NCBI GenBank assembly: GCA_011176635.1
Contig: DUEC01000027.1
Coordinates: 1 to 59,607 of the forward strand
DNA: 59,607 bases
Direction of reading: 5' to 3'
Source: Dehalococcoidia bacterium
Lineage (GTDB): Bacteria > Chloroflexota > Dehalococcoidia > Dehalococcoidales > BS750m-G39
The notes below the pieces were generated by a model. That model ran no database searches. It had not been told where the DNA came from and saw only the letters and a list, made by a program, of their open reading frames with translations. Shown piece after piece: positions 27,590-36,349 of this stretch. Within the stretch, counting starts at the first letter, position 1; every line of letters starts with the position of its first letter. The translations under genes and the position numbers were made by a program.

Positions 27590-27652
27590 ACTCTTAATCA
27601 GCAGGTTAGAGGTTCGAGTCCTCTGCGGCTCATTTCAAAGCTAAATCGGCTT
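27590..27652 (+). repeat. attR: second copy of the 63-bp tRNA-Lys 3' repeat
   Basis: actcttaatcagcaggttAgaggttcgagtcctcTgcggctcatttcaaagctaaatcggctt. See the attL entry. Confidence 0.88.
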
Positions 27653-27783
27653 ACCGGGTTTAAGGCCTCCCACCACACCACATTTGAAAGCAACTAGTTT
27701 TACTATTGGCCTTACTATTAATATAATAGAGTCATTGCGGTAACCAGCGGTTTTTAAGACTTTGGCAAAAGGAGTGAAAAGAA

Positions 27784-28248
27784 ATGGCCGAACTAAAACA
27801 CGCCAAAAATATCATCACCGATACAAAACCTCTCCCTAAGGAGATATGGGAAAAAATGCAGGCTTTGCCCAAAGAGGCCGCCACTGCTGTCAAAGCAACC
27901 CGCCTGCTATGGCTGGACGATGATGTGGCTAAAGGGGCTTTTTACATGGAGGGGCTCTGGTTCTGGGAAGGCTCCCAGAAGATTTCTATGGAGGAGCCCC
28001 ATGTACACGATTTCGACGAGATTATAGGATTTATCGGGACTAACCGGGAAGACCCGCACGATTTGGGGGGAGAGGTCGAGCTATGGCTGGACGACGAAAA
28101 ACACATCCTCAAAAAGAGCTGCCTCGTCTTTATCCCCAGAGGACTGAAGCATTGCCCCTTGTTCTTCCGGAGGATTGACTCCCCTATTTTCTGGTTTACC
28201 ATTGGCAACTCCAGTATGTACTCCAGGGAGTCTAAAGAAACGCCTTAA
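27784..28248 (+). CDS. Cupin-superfamily protein (single cupin domain), paralogue family member 1
   Basis: 154 aa. Cupin motif 1 is HVHDFDEIIGFIG (HxHx3Ex6G) and motif 2 is IPRGLKH (PxGxxH). It is alignable with 38282..38722 and 38732..39181. Confidence 0.62.
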   Translation: MAELKHAKNIITDTKPLPKEIWEKMQALPKEAATAVKATRLLWLDDDVAKGAFYMEGLWFWEGSQKISMEEPHVHDFDEIIGFIGTNREDPHDLGGEVELWLDDEKHILKKSCLVFIPRGLKHCPLFFRRIDSPIFWFTIGNSSMYSRESKETP

Positions 28249-28258
28249 AGATAAAGGC

Positions 28259-29038
28259 TTACTGACTATGCTCCCCGGCAAAGATAGCTGCGCCCAGGGC
28301 GGCCGTTATCTGAGGCTCCTGCGGGGTTACTACCTCCTTGCCCAATTCCTCCTCAATCGCTTTCACCACTCCGATATTCCTGGCTACCCCTCCGGAGAAG
28401 ACTATGGGCTCGTTATAGCTGACTTGCCCCCCCGCCCCCATGCCAATCACCCTCCGGGCAATCGCCCTGCTTATGCCATAGGCTATATCCTCTTTAGCCG
28501 TGTGCTCCGATAGCAGGGAGATTATCTCCGATTCGGCGAATACCGTGCAGACACTGCTTAAAGTCAAACGCTTACTTGACCTCAAGGCCAGCGGGCCAAG
28601 CTCGTCAAGGGGCAGGTTTAATATCCTCTCCGTTAAGACCTCCAGAAACCGGCCACTGCCGGCGGCGCACTTGTCGTTCATCTCAAAGCGGACAACCCCT
28701 CCCGCCTCGTCCAGTTCGATTACCTTGCTGTCCTGCCCGCCGATATCGATAATGGTCCTGACCTCCGGAAAGAGGAACTTGGTACCCCTGGCGTGGCAGA
28801 CTATCTCCGGCAACACCTTATCCGCCGAGGCGAAGGCTCGGCGGCCATAACCGGTGGAGACGATATACTTTATGTCACCTTTTGATTTTTGGGCTTTGTC
28901 TAAAGCCAGTTTAAGGACTTCGGCGCCGCTCTCCTGGCGGTCGTAGCTGGTGGGCAGAAGGGAAAAGGCTAAGACTTCTCCCCTATCGATTATCACCGCC
29001 TTACTGCTCACCGAGCCTATATCGACGCCGGCAAACAC
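28259..29038 (-). CDS. 2-hydroxyacyl-CoA dehydratase / benzoyl-CoA-reductase-type activase (BadF/BadG/BcrA/BcrD ATPase, HgdC-like)
   Basis: 259 aa with a GTG start after AAGGAAGG. Motifs: GVDIGS.SSK, DIGGQDSK, NDKCAAGSGRFLE (cluster-bridging Cys context), FSGGVA.N. Confidence 0.87.
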   Translation of the reverse strand: MFAGVDIGSVSSKAVIIDRGEVLAFSLLPTSYDRQESGAEVLKLALDKAQKSKGDIKYIVSTGYGRRAFASADKVLPEIVCHARGTKFLFPEVRTIIDIGGQDSKVIELDEAGGVVRFEMNDKCAAGSGRFLEVLTERILNLPLDELGPLALRSSKRLTLSSVCTVFAESEIISLLSEHTAKEDIAYGISRAIARRVIGMGAGGQVSYNEPIVFSGGVARNIGVVKAIEEELGKEVVTPQEPQITAALGAAIFAGEHSQ

Positions 29039-29042
29039 GGCT

Positions 29043-30455
29043 TCAGGCCTTCCTTATTTTCATTATCTCGCATATGCTCTCAATCCTCGTCCTCAGCGCC
29101 TCCGGGCTGTAATCACGGTCGTCCCAGTTGTCTCCCTCAATATAGAACACCGGTAACCCGGTCTTTTCCTCCACCATCCTGGTCAGCAACCGGTGACTGC
29201 TGCCCAGCCAGCGGTCAAAGTCCATCAGGCCGAAGACCATGCCGTCGAACTTATGCGTTTCCAGCTTTTCACATATCTGCTCCGCCTGATAGCCGGGATT
29301 AACCATCCCCGATGTCCTGAGCCAGCCTTCGGCCGCCGCCATATAAGGGTCTTCGAAGCTAGGCGGCTGCAGCTGTTTCTTGGACATTATGAAAAACTCG
29401 CTCAAAGGTATTCCCACCCCGTTTTCCTCGAACATCTTAGCTATCCAGGGAACGGTGGGGTGAACGCTATAAATCAGCAGTTTGGGCGCTCCTGGAGGCA
29501 GAATGCCCTCTTTGTTAGCCACCCTCTGCTTGACCTCTCTGATGGTAATGTCCAGCGCCTCTTCCAGGTTTTCCATGCCGGTGTTAAAGGGGGTGAACAA
29601 GCCCTCCCAGAAAAGGCGCCCGCTTATGGCGCCCAGTGGCTGGGGGTCGGCGCTCATCAGCAGGGCTAGCTCCGATAGCTTGGCGGCATACCCCTGCCAC
29701 ATTGAGATTACCTCGCTTATCTTCCCCTCCGGCACCTTGATGCCAATCTCCCTCTGGGCCGACTCGAAGCCGTCTTTCATCTGGTTGGCCAGGTACTCGA
29801 CCCGCTCAGCGACCTCGTCCTCCACCGTGCCCAGGGACTGGTCGTGGGGCAGGCGGGTGATATAGGTCTTCCACTCGGGGTCATGGTAGATACGGATGAA
29901 CTCATCGGTCTTGGGCGCCTCATCGCAGATAAAGCCCCATATCCAGTTCACATCGGGCGAGGGAATAATATTCAGGCGGCGGGCGGCATACCTCGCCTTG
30001 TTCAAAGCGCAGTGGCGGCAGCCGTAGGGGATGCCCGCCTTTTCGGCTTCCTCCAGGTAAGGGGCAAGCTTGTGGAAGAAGCCGTTCAGCACCATAGTCA
30101 GGAATATATCGGGGAAGGAAACGAAGACCTTCTCCGGCGCCGTTAATTTGAGGGCATAGTAAAAATGGAGGACGGCGGGCAGAATGCCGTAGACTATCTT
30201 TACCCCCCTCTCCTTGTACTCGCTGGCTTGGGTCAAGTCTATGGTCTCCTTGACGAAACAGCCCAGCAGTTTCCTGATGCCTTCCAATTCTACGGCAAAG
30301 TAGGCGGGCAGCCGCTCCTCGGTGGCGAACCTGACGTCTTCCTCGGTCAGGCCCAGCTTCTCCGATGCTTTACGCCACTGGGGCAGGTATTCCGCTATTT
30401 CCTCCTCTTCAAAACCGGTCAATCTTAAGAACTCTACGTATATATCCCTGGCCAT
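29043..30455 (-). CDS. 2-hydroxyacyl-CoA dehydratase family subunit (HgdA-like size)
   Basis: The ORF is 29043..30464. I prefer the ATG at 30455 after GGAGGAG. 470 aa. Family membership is judged from length, operon context with the activase and the partner subunit, and a general sequence pattern (..YGCRHCALN.., ..LMDFDRW..). Confidence 0.68.
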   Translation of the reverse strand: MARDIYVEFLRLTGFEEEEIAEYLPQWRKASEKLGLTEEDVRFATEERLPAYFAVELEGIRKLLGCFVKETIDLTQASEYKERGVKIVYGILPAVLHFYYALKLTAPEKVFVSFPDIFLTMVLNGFFHKLAPYLEEAEKAGIPYGCRHCALNKARYAARRLNIIPSPDVNWIWGFICDEAPKTDEFIRIYHDPEWKTYITRLPHDQSLGTVEDEVAERVEYLANQMKDGFESAQREIGIKVPEGKISEVISMWQGYAAKLSELALLMSADPQPLGAISGRLFWEGLFTPFNTGMENLEEALDITIREVKQRVANKEGILPPGAPKLLIYSVHPTVPWIAKMFEENGVGIPLSEFFIMSKKQLQPPSFEDPYMAAAEGWLRTSGMVNPGYQAEQICEKLETHKFDGMVFGLMDFDRWLGSSHRLLTRMVEEKTGLPVFYIEGDNWDDRDYSPEALRTRIESICEIMKIRKA

Positions 30456-30460
30456 TTTTA

Positions 30461-31630
30461 TCAACTCCTCCTCTGCCTGACTGATTCGACAAAGCTCTCC
30501 ACCCGCGTGGTTAGCGGCCCTACCGCTTCCCTGGAATACTCGTATGAGGACTCAAGCTTCAGGAAAGGAATCTTAATCTCGTCCATCACCTTGGCCATAA
30601 GGGAGCTTTCCAGGTCGTATATCTCCTCAAAGGACAGCTGGTACCATATCACGCCGTCGATGTTAAAGTCCCTTATCAGCTTCCTTATTATATCGGCCCT
30701 TTTCTCCCAGGCCGGCTGGAATATAGATGGCGGCGTCCTTTCCGAATAATAGGTCTCCCCCAGGTTGGCCATTAAATCACCGTCTGTTTTCACCTTCCAG
30801 GAATGCTGTCTCATCCCTTCGTCGAGAAGCTCAGCCACCACCACTCCCCCGGAGTCTTCAATCAGCTTGGGCACCACATAATCGCCCACCCCCACTACAT
30901 GACCGGCTAAAAGCAGCCTGGGCACATCCTGGGGGAAGGGGCTTTGCCCCTTTTTTAGCTCCGCATAAAGCTCATCTAGCCTGGGCAGCAGCTCCTCCAG
31001 GCGGCAATAGAAGGAATAGTGGTTCAAGCGGATAAAATCGTAACCGCCTATAGGCGGCGGCTGTTGCTTTCTTAACAGGTAAATCCGGCTTAAGATGTCT
31101 CTTAGCTTATTGATGGACTCGGTCGATTTTTTGAGTCTCTCATCGGTTATTTTGTTGCCGGTGAGGGCTTCCAGTTTTTCCTTCAACCAGGCTAATCGCT
31201 TCTGGTAGTACTCCCGAGAGAGGGACTTCTGCCAGTCGGGAGGAACGCCCAGCCTGGCCGTGGGCAGTTTAAAGTACTCCAGCATATCAGCCAGCCTTGA
31301 CTCATGGCAATCACTGCACTGGGCCACGATGAGGTCAAGCATGGGCACTACCGGGTCCATACCCAGAAGGTAATAGCCGATTTGGGCTCTATCATAGGGG
31401 CTCATGAAGCGAAGCATGTAGGGGATTACGGCATCGGGCGGCTCCGGCTCCCCCCCTCTACACATCAGGTATGGCAGTGCGCCGGAGGCATAGAGCAATT
31501 CCTCGGGCACGAACCTGCCTATATAGCCCACCACCTTGACGCCCTTTCCCTTCTCTTCTTTAAGTCTCTCCGGTCTGGTGCGGGCAATCTGCGCCAGCTC
31601 TTCCAGCGTATCCAATGCTTTCACCCCCAT
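30461..31630 (-). CDS. 2-hydroxyacyl-CoA dehydratase family subunit (HgdB-like size)
   Basis: 389 aa. The N-terminus ..KGVKVVGYIGRFVPEELLYASGALPY.. is typical of the HgdB/BcrC-type D-component. Confidence 0.75.
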   Translation of the reverse strand: MGVKALDTLEELAQIARTRPERLKEEKGKGVKVVGYIGRFVPEELLYASGALPYLMCRGGEPEPPDAVIPYMLRFMSPYDRAQIGYYLLGMDPVVPMLDLIVAQCSDCHESRLADMLEYFKLPTARLGVPPDWQKSLSREYYQKRLAWLKEKLEALTGNKITDERLKKSTESINKLRDILSRIYLLRKQQPPPIGGYDFIRLNHYSFYCRLEELLPRLDELYAELKKGQSPFPQDVPRLLLAGHVVGVGDYVVPKLIEDSGGVVVAELLDEGMRQHSWKVKTDGDLMANLGETYYSERTPPSIFQPAWEKRADIIRKLIRDFNIDGVIWYQLSFEEIYDLESSLMAKVMDEIKIPFLKLESSYEYSREAVGPLTTRVESFVESVRQRRS

Positions 31631-31773
31631 ATCTAACTTGCCTACATCATACCAGTTTCAAGCCGCCGCCGACAAATGAGCTAAGTCCCTTCTCCCCAAC
31701 TGTTTGCACATTCCCACGCTTTGCTGATAGAATAGCTTGGTATCTTTGTCCCGGACAAGGGTAAAGGCGATTG

Positions 31774-31812
31774 CCCCCCAGCTTACTGGGGGGCATCTGG
31801 TGTATTTTTCTT
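31774..31812 (+). promoter_or_regulatory. Terminator-like hairpin plus T-tract directly in front of the MFS start codon (possible attenuator)
   Basis: ccccccag (31774-31781) pairs with ctgggggg (31786-31793) across a 4-nt loop. catctggtgtatttttctt follows, then the ATG at 31813. Confidence 0.3.
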
Positions 31813-32979
31813 ATGGACAAAAAAGCCTTCTTTGTGCTGGTGGCTACTATGCTCATCTCCATGCTGGGGTTCGGCATAGTGGTGCCTTTACTGCCAATCT
31901 ACGCCGACCAGATGGGGGCTACGGCGCTTGAAATCGGGCTTATCAATGCCGGCTTCAGCCTGGCACTGCTGGCCGCTCTGCCCTTCATGGGCCGGCTCTC
32001 CGACCGTTTCGGGCGCAAGGTATTTCTCATCACCGGCCTGGCCATCCTGACCGTCGCCTCGCTCGGCTTTATCTGGGCGCAAACCCCCCTCCAGCTGATA
32101 CTGGTACGCATTTTTCAGGGCATCGGCGCCTCGATGCACCTGCCTATCGCCCAGGCCTACCTCGGCGACATCACGCCGAAGGGCGAGGAGGGCAAGTGGA
32201 TGGGGCACTTCAGTGCCATCCTCTTCAGCGGTATGAGCATCGGGCCCCTGTTTGGCGGCGTGCTCACCGACCTCTTCAGCGTCAACACCACTTTCCTGGT
32301 GATGGCGGCACTCTGCCTGACCGGCTTAATAGCCACTATCGTCTTTCTGCCTGAAGTTGCCCTAAAGACTTCCTCGGAAAAGCAAGGTGCGGCTTTTACC
32401 GGCTTAAGGAAGAGCAATATACTGAAGGGGGCATTTGCCTTTCAGATGGCAAATGGCTTCAGTATGGCCTGCATAATGACCTTTTTACCCCTCTTCGCCA
32501 GCCAGAATCTTGGCTTAAGCGTCAGCCTTATCGGGCTGCTGATAGCATCACGCACGCCGCTGGCGCTGTTGCAATCTTTCACCGGCATCCTGGCCGATAA
32601 ATACAGCCGAAGGGGGCTGGTAGCCATCGGCAGCGCCGCCGCCATCATCTTTATCGCGCTAATGCCTCTGGCTGGCGGCTTCTGGTTACTGCTGTTAATG
32701 CACGCTCTCATGTCTATTGGTATTGCCTTTGCCATGCCGGCAAACACCGCCTATGTCGTTGAGGAGGGCAGAGTCTTCGGCATGGGGGCCAGTATGGCAT
32801 TGTTTATGATGGCGATGCAAATCGGTATGGGGACGGGGCCCATCGTGCTGGGGGGAATCGTTGGCTGGCTGGGCATTGAATCGGCGTTTTACTCAGCCGC
32901 TGTTATATTACTGCTAGGTATCGCCGCCTTTATCTGGTTTACCCGAAAGCCCTCGCCGACTATCGCCGAGGCAAAGTAA
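31813..32979 (+). CDS. MFS transporter
   Basis: The ORF is 31771..32979. I prefer the ATG at 31813 (MDKKAFFVLVATML..). There are 12 predicted TM segments, and the motif-A-like sequence GRLSDRFGRK lies between TM2 and TM3. Confidence 0.85.
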   Translation: MDKKAFFVLVATMLISMLGFGIVVPLLPIYADQMGATALEIGLINAGFSLALLAALPFMGRLSDRFGRKVFLITGLAILTVASLGFIWAQTPLQLILVRIFQGIGASMHLPIAQAYLGDITPKGEEGKWMGHFSAILFSGMSIGPLFGGVLTDLFSVNTTFLVMAALCLTGLIATIVFLPEVALKTSSEKQGAAFTGLRKSNILKGAFAFQMANGFSMACIMTFLPLFASQNLGLSVSLIGLLIASRTPLALLQSFTGILADKYSRRGLVAIGSAAAIIFIALMPLAGGFWLLLLMHALMSIGIAFAMPANTAYVVEEGRVFGMGASMALFMMAMQIGMGTGPIVLGGIVGWLGIESAFYSAAVILLLGIAAFIWFTRKPSPTIAEAK

Positions 32980-33002
32980 AGGCCGGAGGCAAAGCCCCAC
33001 CC

Positions 33003-34085
33003 CTATTTTTTGTCCCATGCCCCCGATAGTTTTTTAAGCCAGTCCATGATAGCAATCTCCCGGGCGCAGGCATCGGCGCAAATGCCGCAGTCGGTGCAGC
33101 TATCAATGCGGTGCCTTTCCCGGCGGTAAAGAGAGGCCGCTGTCTCCATGTCATCGTAGATAACGGCATCGTTGTAGAGTTCAAAGAGGCGGGGCACATC
33201 AATGCCCTGAGGACAGGGCATACAGCCGCGGCAGGTGGTGCAGGGGATGGGTCTCAGCTTGCGGTAAGCATCCCTGACCCGGCTTATCAAGACCTCATCG
33301 GCCACGGTAAGGCTATCGGCCTGGGCGCCGTCGGCCAGGGCCACGTTGGCCGCCACCTGCTCCATGGTGCTCATGTCACTGACCAGGGTAGCCACCTCGG
33401 GGTGGTTCCAGACCCAGCGCAGTCCCCACTCGGCCGGCGGGCGCGTTGTTTGAGCATCCGCCCACACTTTGGCTACCGAAGGCGGCGGCTCTTTAGCCAG
33501 CCTCCCCCCACCAAGCGGTTCGGCGGCCACCACCGCCAGCCTCTTCTCGGCGGCGTATTTCAGCCCGCTGACTCCGGGTAAACGGTCTACTTCCATATAG
33601 CTGTACTGGAATTGGGCCAGCGCCCAGCCGTCGTAGTCTTCCAGTATGTCCCTGAGGGCCTGAAAATGGTCGTGGAAAGAAAAGCCCAGCCCGCCGATGC
33701 GCCCATCGGCCATTGCCCCCTCCCCCCAACGCAGTACCCCTAGCTCCTTTAAGCGGGGCCAGACATCCCGGTTCAAGCCCCCCAGAAGGTAAAAGTCCAG
33801 CCTCTCTGTTTTCAGCCACTCAAGCTGCTGGTCCAGGTAGCGGTCAAAGTCTGAGGAGGAACCGACCAAAAGAGAGGGCAGATGGGCGCCGACCCTGACC
33901 TTCTGCCGGTAGCCGTCTTCAAGCCCCCGGCTGAGCAGGCGGGTCAGGCGCTCATGACGCCCCATATCGTAAGGGTAACCCAGGTCCAGGTAGTTAACGC
34001 CCCGGTCAAGGGCGTAGCGGAGCATCTTGATGGACTCGGCCTCATCTATTTTGGTCGGGTCTGCCGCCATCAAGGGCAACCGCAT
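33003..34085 (-). CDS. Aldo/keto reductase fused to a C-terminal Fe-S (CxxCxxC...C) domain
   Basis: 360 aa with an AKR-like TIM barrel (GVNYLDLGYPYD..). The C-terminus has CTTCRGCMPCPQGIDV and CTDCGICADAC motifs. Confidence 0.78.
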   Translation of the reverse strand: MRLPLMAADPTKIDEAESIKMLRYALDRGVNYLDLGYPYDMGRHERLTRLLSRGLEDGYRQKVRVGAHLPSLLVGSSSDFDRYLDQQLEWLKTERLDFYLLGGLNRDVWPRLKELGVLRWGEGAMADGRIGGLGFSFHDHFQALRDILEDYDGWALAQFQYSYMEVDRLPGVSGLKYAAEKRLAVVAAEPLGGGRLAKEPPPSVAKVWADAQTTRPPAEWGLRWVWNHPEVATLVSDMSTMEQVAANVALADGAQADSLTVADEVLISRVRDAYRKLRPIPCTTCRGCMPCPQGIDVPRLFELYNDAVIYDDMETAASLYRRERHRIDSCTDCGICADACAREIAIMDWLKKLSGAWDKK

Positions 34086-34185
34086 AACACCAAAGCCTAA
34101 TACCGATACCTCCCAATCAAGCTTGCCGAACCTGCGGTATTTTATTTATAGCCTCCCTCAAATTACATCGGGCCTGCCAATGCGG

Positions 34186-35154
34186 CTATTCCTCTTCTTG
34201 CACCCAGGGAGAATCGTGCTCGCCGCTGAGGCAGCAGACGATAAAGCCGTAGGGTTTATCCGTCCACCTGGTGATGAGCGGAAGGTGGGGAAAGCCGGAA
34301 GGGCAGACGGCCACGGTGGGCTTGTTGAAGACATGCCTTTCATATTCCTTGCCCAGAGCCAGCTCCTGCTCGCACCCCAGGAAATTCAGGTCGTCAGGGT
34401 CAAGCCCGATGAAGACCAGTATTTCTTCTGAAGGATGGTAGTGGGCTTCGCCGCCGCGGTGCCATATACCGGAGCCGGTGTAAAATCCCCAGGTGAAATT
34501 GACCTCAAACCCCTCAAGGTCGTTACCGTAGAGCCAGACGAGCTGGTCGGCGTTCCCCGGCCCCAGCAGTCCCACCTGGCTCATATCCATCTGAAAATCA
34601 GGATGCTCCTTCTTGAATTCCGCCAGCAGACGCTCGTCCTTGGCGATAATCGACATCCTGACCGGTTCAAAACCGGGGCCGAGCGGCTTAACCAGGCGCC
34701 CGTACTTTGAACCTTTGGTTTTGGCTTTTTCGGGAAGCGACTCGGCTTTGTAGTCGGCGGCCAGGCCGATAGAATAATGGACGATAGGTCTTTCTATTTT
34801 CCCCACTGTAACCGGGCCGTGCGGCGTCCCCTTGGGGACGATGATTACCGAGGGCACGTTAAAGACATGCTCCTCAGCCTCTTCGCCCAGCGCCACCGAG
34901 ACCTCGGCGCCCAGATAGGTGATATCGGTGTTATCGGTGCCGGCAAAGACCAGGCATTCATCGTAGGGGTGAACCAGAGCGCCTTCCATGGGGTGAAGCT
35001 TGCCCGGCTTTTTAACGAACCCGTAGGAGAAATTGGCGTTGAACCCCTCCATGTCCTTGCCCTCCATCCATATCCAGGGCTCAGGATACAGGCCTGCCGG
35101 CGGTTTCTGGACGAGTAAGGTTTTCACCAGATGGGCATACTTTTTCTTGGCCAT
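34186..35154 (-). CDS. Bicupin protein, tandem paralogue A
   Basis: 322 aa with a GGAAGGAG SD. Domain 1 has a degenerate motif 1 (LVHPYDECLVFAG) plus PKGTPH. Domain 2 is intact (AHYHPSEEILVFIG, PSGFPH). Confidence 0.62.
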   Translation of the reverse strand: MAKKKYAHLVKTLLVQKPPAGLYPEPWIWMEGKDMEGFNANFSYGFVKKPGKLHPMEGALVHPYDECLVFAGTDNTDITYLGAEVSVALGEEAEEHVFNVPSVIIVPKGTPHGPVTVGKIERPIVHYSIGLAADYKAESLPEKAKTKGSKYGRLVKPLGPGFEPVRMSIIAKDERLLAEFKKEHPDFQMDMSQVGLLGPGNADQLVWLYGNDLEGFEVNFTWGFYTGSGIWHRGGEAHYHPSEEILVFIGLDPDDLNFLGCEQELALGKEYERHVFNKPTVAVCPSGFPHLPLITRWTDKPYGFIVCCLSGEHDSPWVQEEE

Positions 35155-35200
35155 TTTAATACTCCTTCCAACCAGCGATTTCTAAAGGAACAAAACCGAT

Positions 35201-36172
35201 TTAAGCCTCTACCCAGGGCGAGGCGTGTTCGCCGCTGAGGCAGACAACGATAAAGCCATAGGGCTTGTCCACCCACCTGGTGATTAGGGGAAGGTGTGGA
35301 AAGCCTCCGGGGCAGATGGCAACGGTAGGCGTGTTGAAGATATGCCTCTCGTAGTCCTTGCCCATACCCAGCTCCTGCTCACAGCCCAGGTAACTAAGGT
35401 CGTCGGGGTCAAGCCCGACAAAGACCAGTATTTCCGCCTCAGGGTGGTAGTGGGACTCACCGCCGCGGTGCCACTTGCCGCACCGGGAGTAAAATCCCCA
35501 GGTGAAATTGACATCAAAGCCCTCCAGGTCCTTGCCGAAGAGCCAGGCAATCTGGTCGCCGTTGCCGGGGCCCACGCCATTCTCGGCAGGGTGCAGGATA
35601 CCGGCGCGGTCGGCGATAAAGGCGTAGCTTATCGGCTCATCGGGAGCGGGCGGGCCCGGCTTGCGGGCATCGAACTCTTTCCAGTCTATATAGGTAATCA
35701 GCCGTTTAATCAAGTGCCCGTACTTTGAGCCGCTCGTCTTTGCCTCCCGGGGGACCGGAGTCGCCTTGTATTCCGGAGCCAGGCCGATGGTGTAGTGGGC
35801 GATGGGTCTATCCACCCGCTTATAGGTAACCGGGCCGTGGGGCATGCCCTTGGGGATAAGCACCACCGAGGGCTCGGTAAAGACGTGCTCTTCGCCTTCC
35901 TCGCCCAGCACCACCGAGACTTCGGCGCCCAGATAGAGCATGTTGGTATTATCAATACCGGCAAATACCAGACACTCATCGTAGGGGTGTACCAGCGCTC
36001 CTTCCAGCGGGTGGCAAACGCCGGGCTTCTTGACGAAGCCGAAGGAAAAAGTGGCGTTGAACCCCTCCATGTCCTTGCCCTCCATCCAGAAACGCGGTTC
36101 GGAATATAAACCGGGCGGCGCCTTCTTAGCAACCAGCGGTTTTATCAGATGGGCATACTCTTTTTTAGCCAT
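35201..36172 (-). CDS. Bicupin protein, tandem paralogue B
   Basis: 323 aa with an AGGAGGGG SD. It is colinear with 34186..35154 along its full length, with many identical blocks (WMEGKDMEGFNA, GALVHPYDECLVFAG, YLGAEVSV.LGEE.EEHVF, GFPHLPLITRW.DKPYGFIV.CLSGEH). Confidence 0.62.
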   Translation of the reverse strand: MAKKEYAHLIKPLVAKKAPPGLYSEPRFWMEGKDMEGFNATFSFGFVKKPGVCHPLEGALVHPYDECLVFAGIDNTNMLYLGAEVSVVLGEEGEEHVFTEPSVVLIPKGMPHGPVTYKRVDRPIAHYTIGLAPEYKATPVPREAKTSGSKYGHLIKRLITYIDWKEFDARKPGPPAPDEPISYAFIADRAGILHPAENGVGPGNGDQIAWLFGKDLEGFDVNFTWGFYSRCGKWHRGGESHYHPEAEILVFVGLDPDDLSYLGCEQELGMGKDYERHIFNTPTVAICPGGFPHLPLITRWVDKPYGFIVVCLSGEHASPWVEA

Positions 36173-36266
36173 GCTATAAAGCCCCTCCTTTCAAGGCCAA
36201 GCATAGCACGGCGTTTTCATTCTGGTCAAGCTAATCTTTAAAAAAATTTTACAAAACGATGAAGAT

Positions 36267-36300
36267 TTGATAATATATAGTTAATGTTGTATACTATATA
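36267..36300 (+). promoter_or_regulatory. Putative marR promoter overlapped by an 8-bp inverted repeat (candidate MarR operator)
   Basis: TTGATA (36267-36272), 17 nt, TATACT (36290-36295). The inverted repeat pairs tatatagt (36274-36281) with actatata (36293-36300). Confidence 0.45.
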
Positions 36301-36349
36301 GATAGTAAATTATATCCCCTTTAAGGAAAACCCGGGGAGGAACCAAAAA

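Larger units (their letters stand above)
22418..27652 (+). mobile_element. tRNA-Lys-integrated genomic islet (integrase plus three-gene cargo operon), about 5.2 kb
   Basis: Flanking 63-bp direct repeats, a tyrosine integrase 38 nt downstream of the tRNA, and a clearly AT-rich cargo relative to the flanks. Confidence 0.78.

Noticed and set aside
27560-27632. Possible second complete tRNA-Lys. The 73 nt ending at the attR copy begin with gggccg, in exactly the register of the real tRNA acceptor stem.
   Set aside because: Only the 3' 43 nt are homologous to the tRNA. In the 5' part the D-stem pairs at 3 of 4 positions and the anticodon stem (cagaa versus tcagc) pairs at 1 of 5. It cannot fold as a cloverleaf, so I treat it as an att remnant and the 6-nt match as likely chance.
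33493-33898. Several 60-110-aa ORFs on both strands within the aldo/keto reductase gene
   Set aside because: They lie antisense or in alternative frames within a gene that has a clear AKR barrel and Fe-S motifs, and their compositions are Arg/Gly/Pro-rich.
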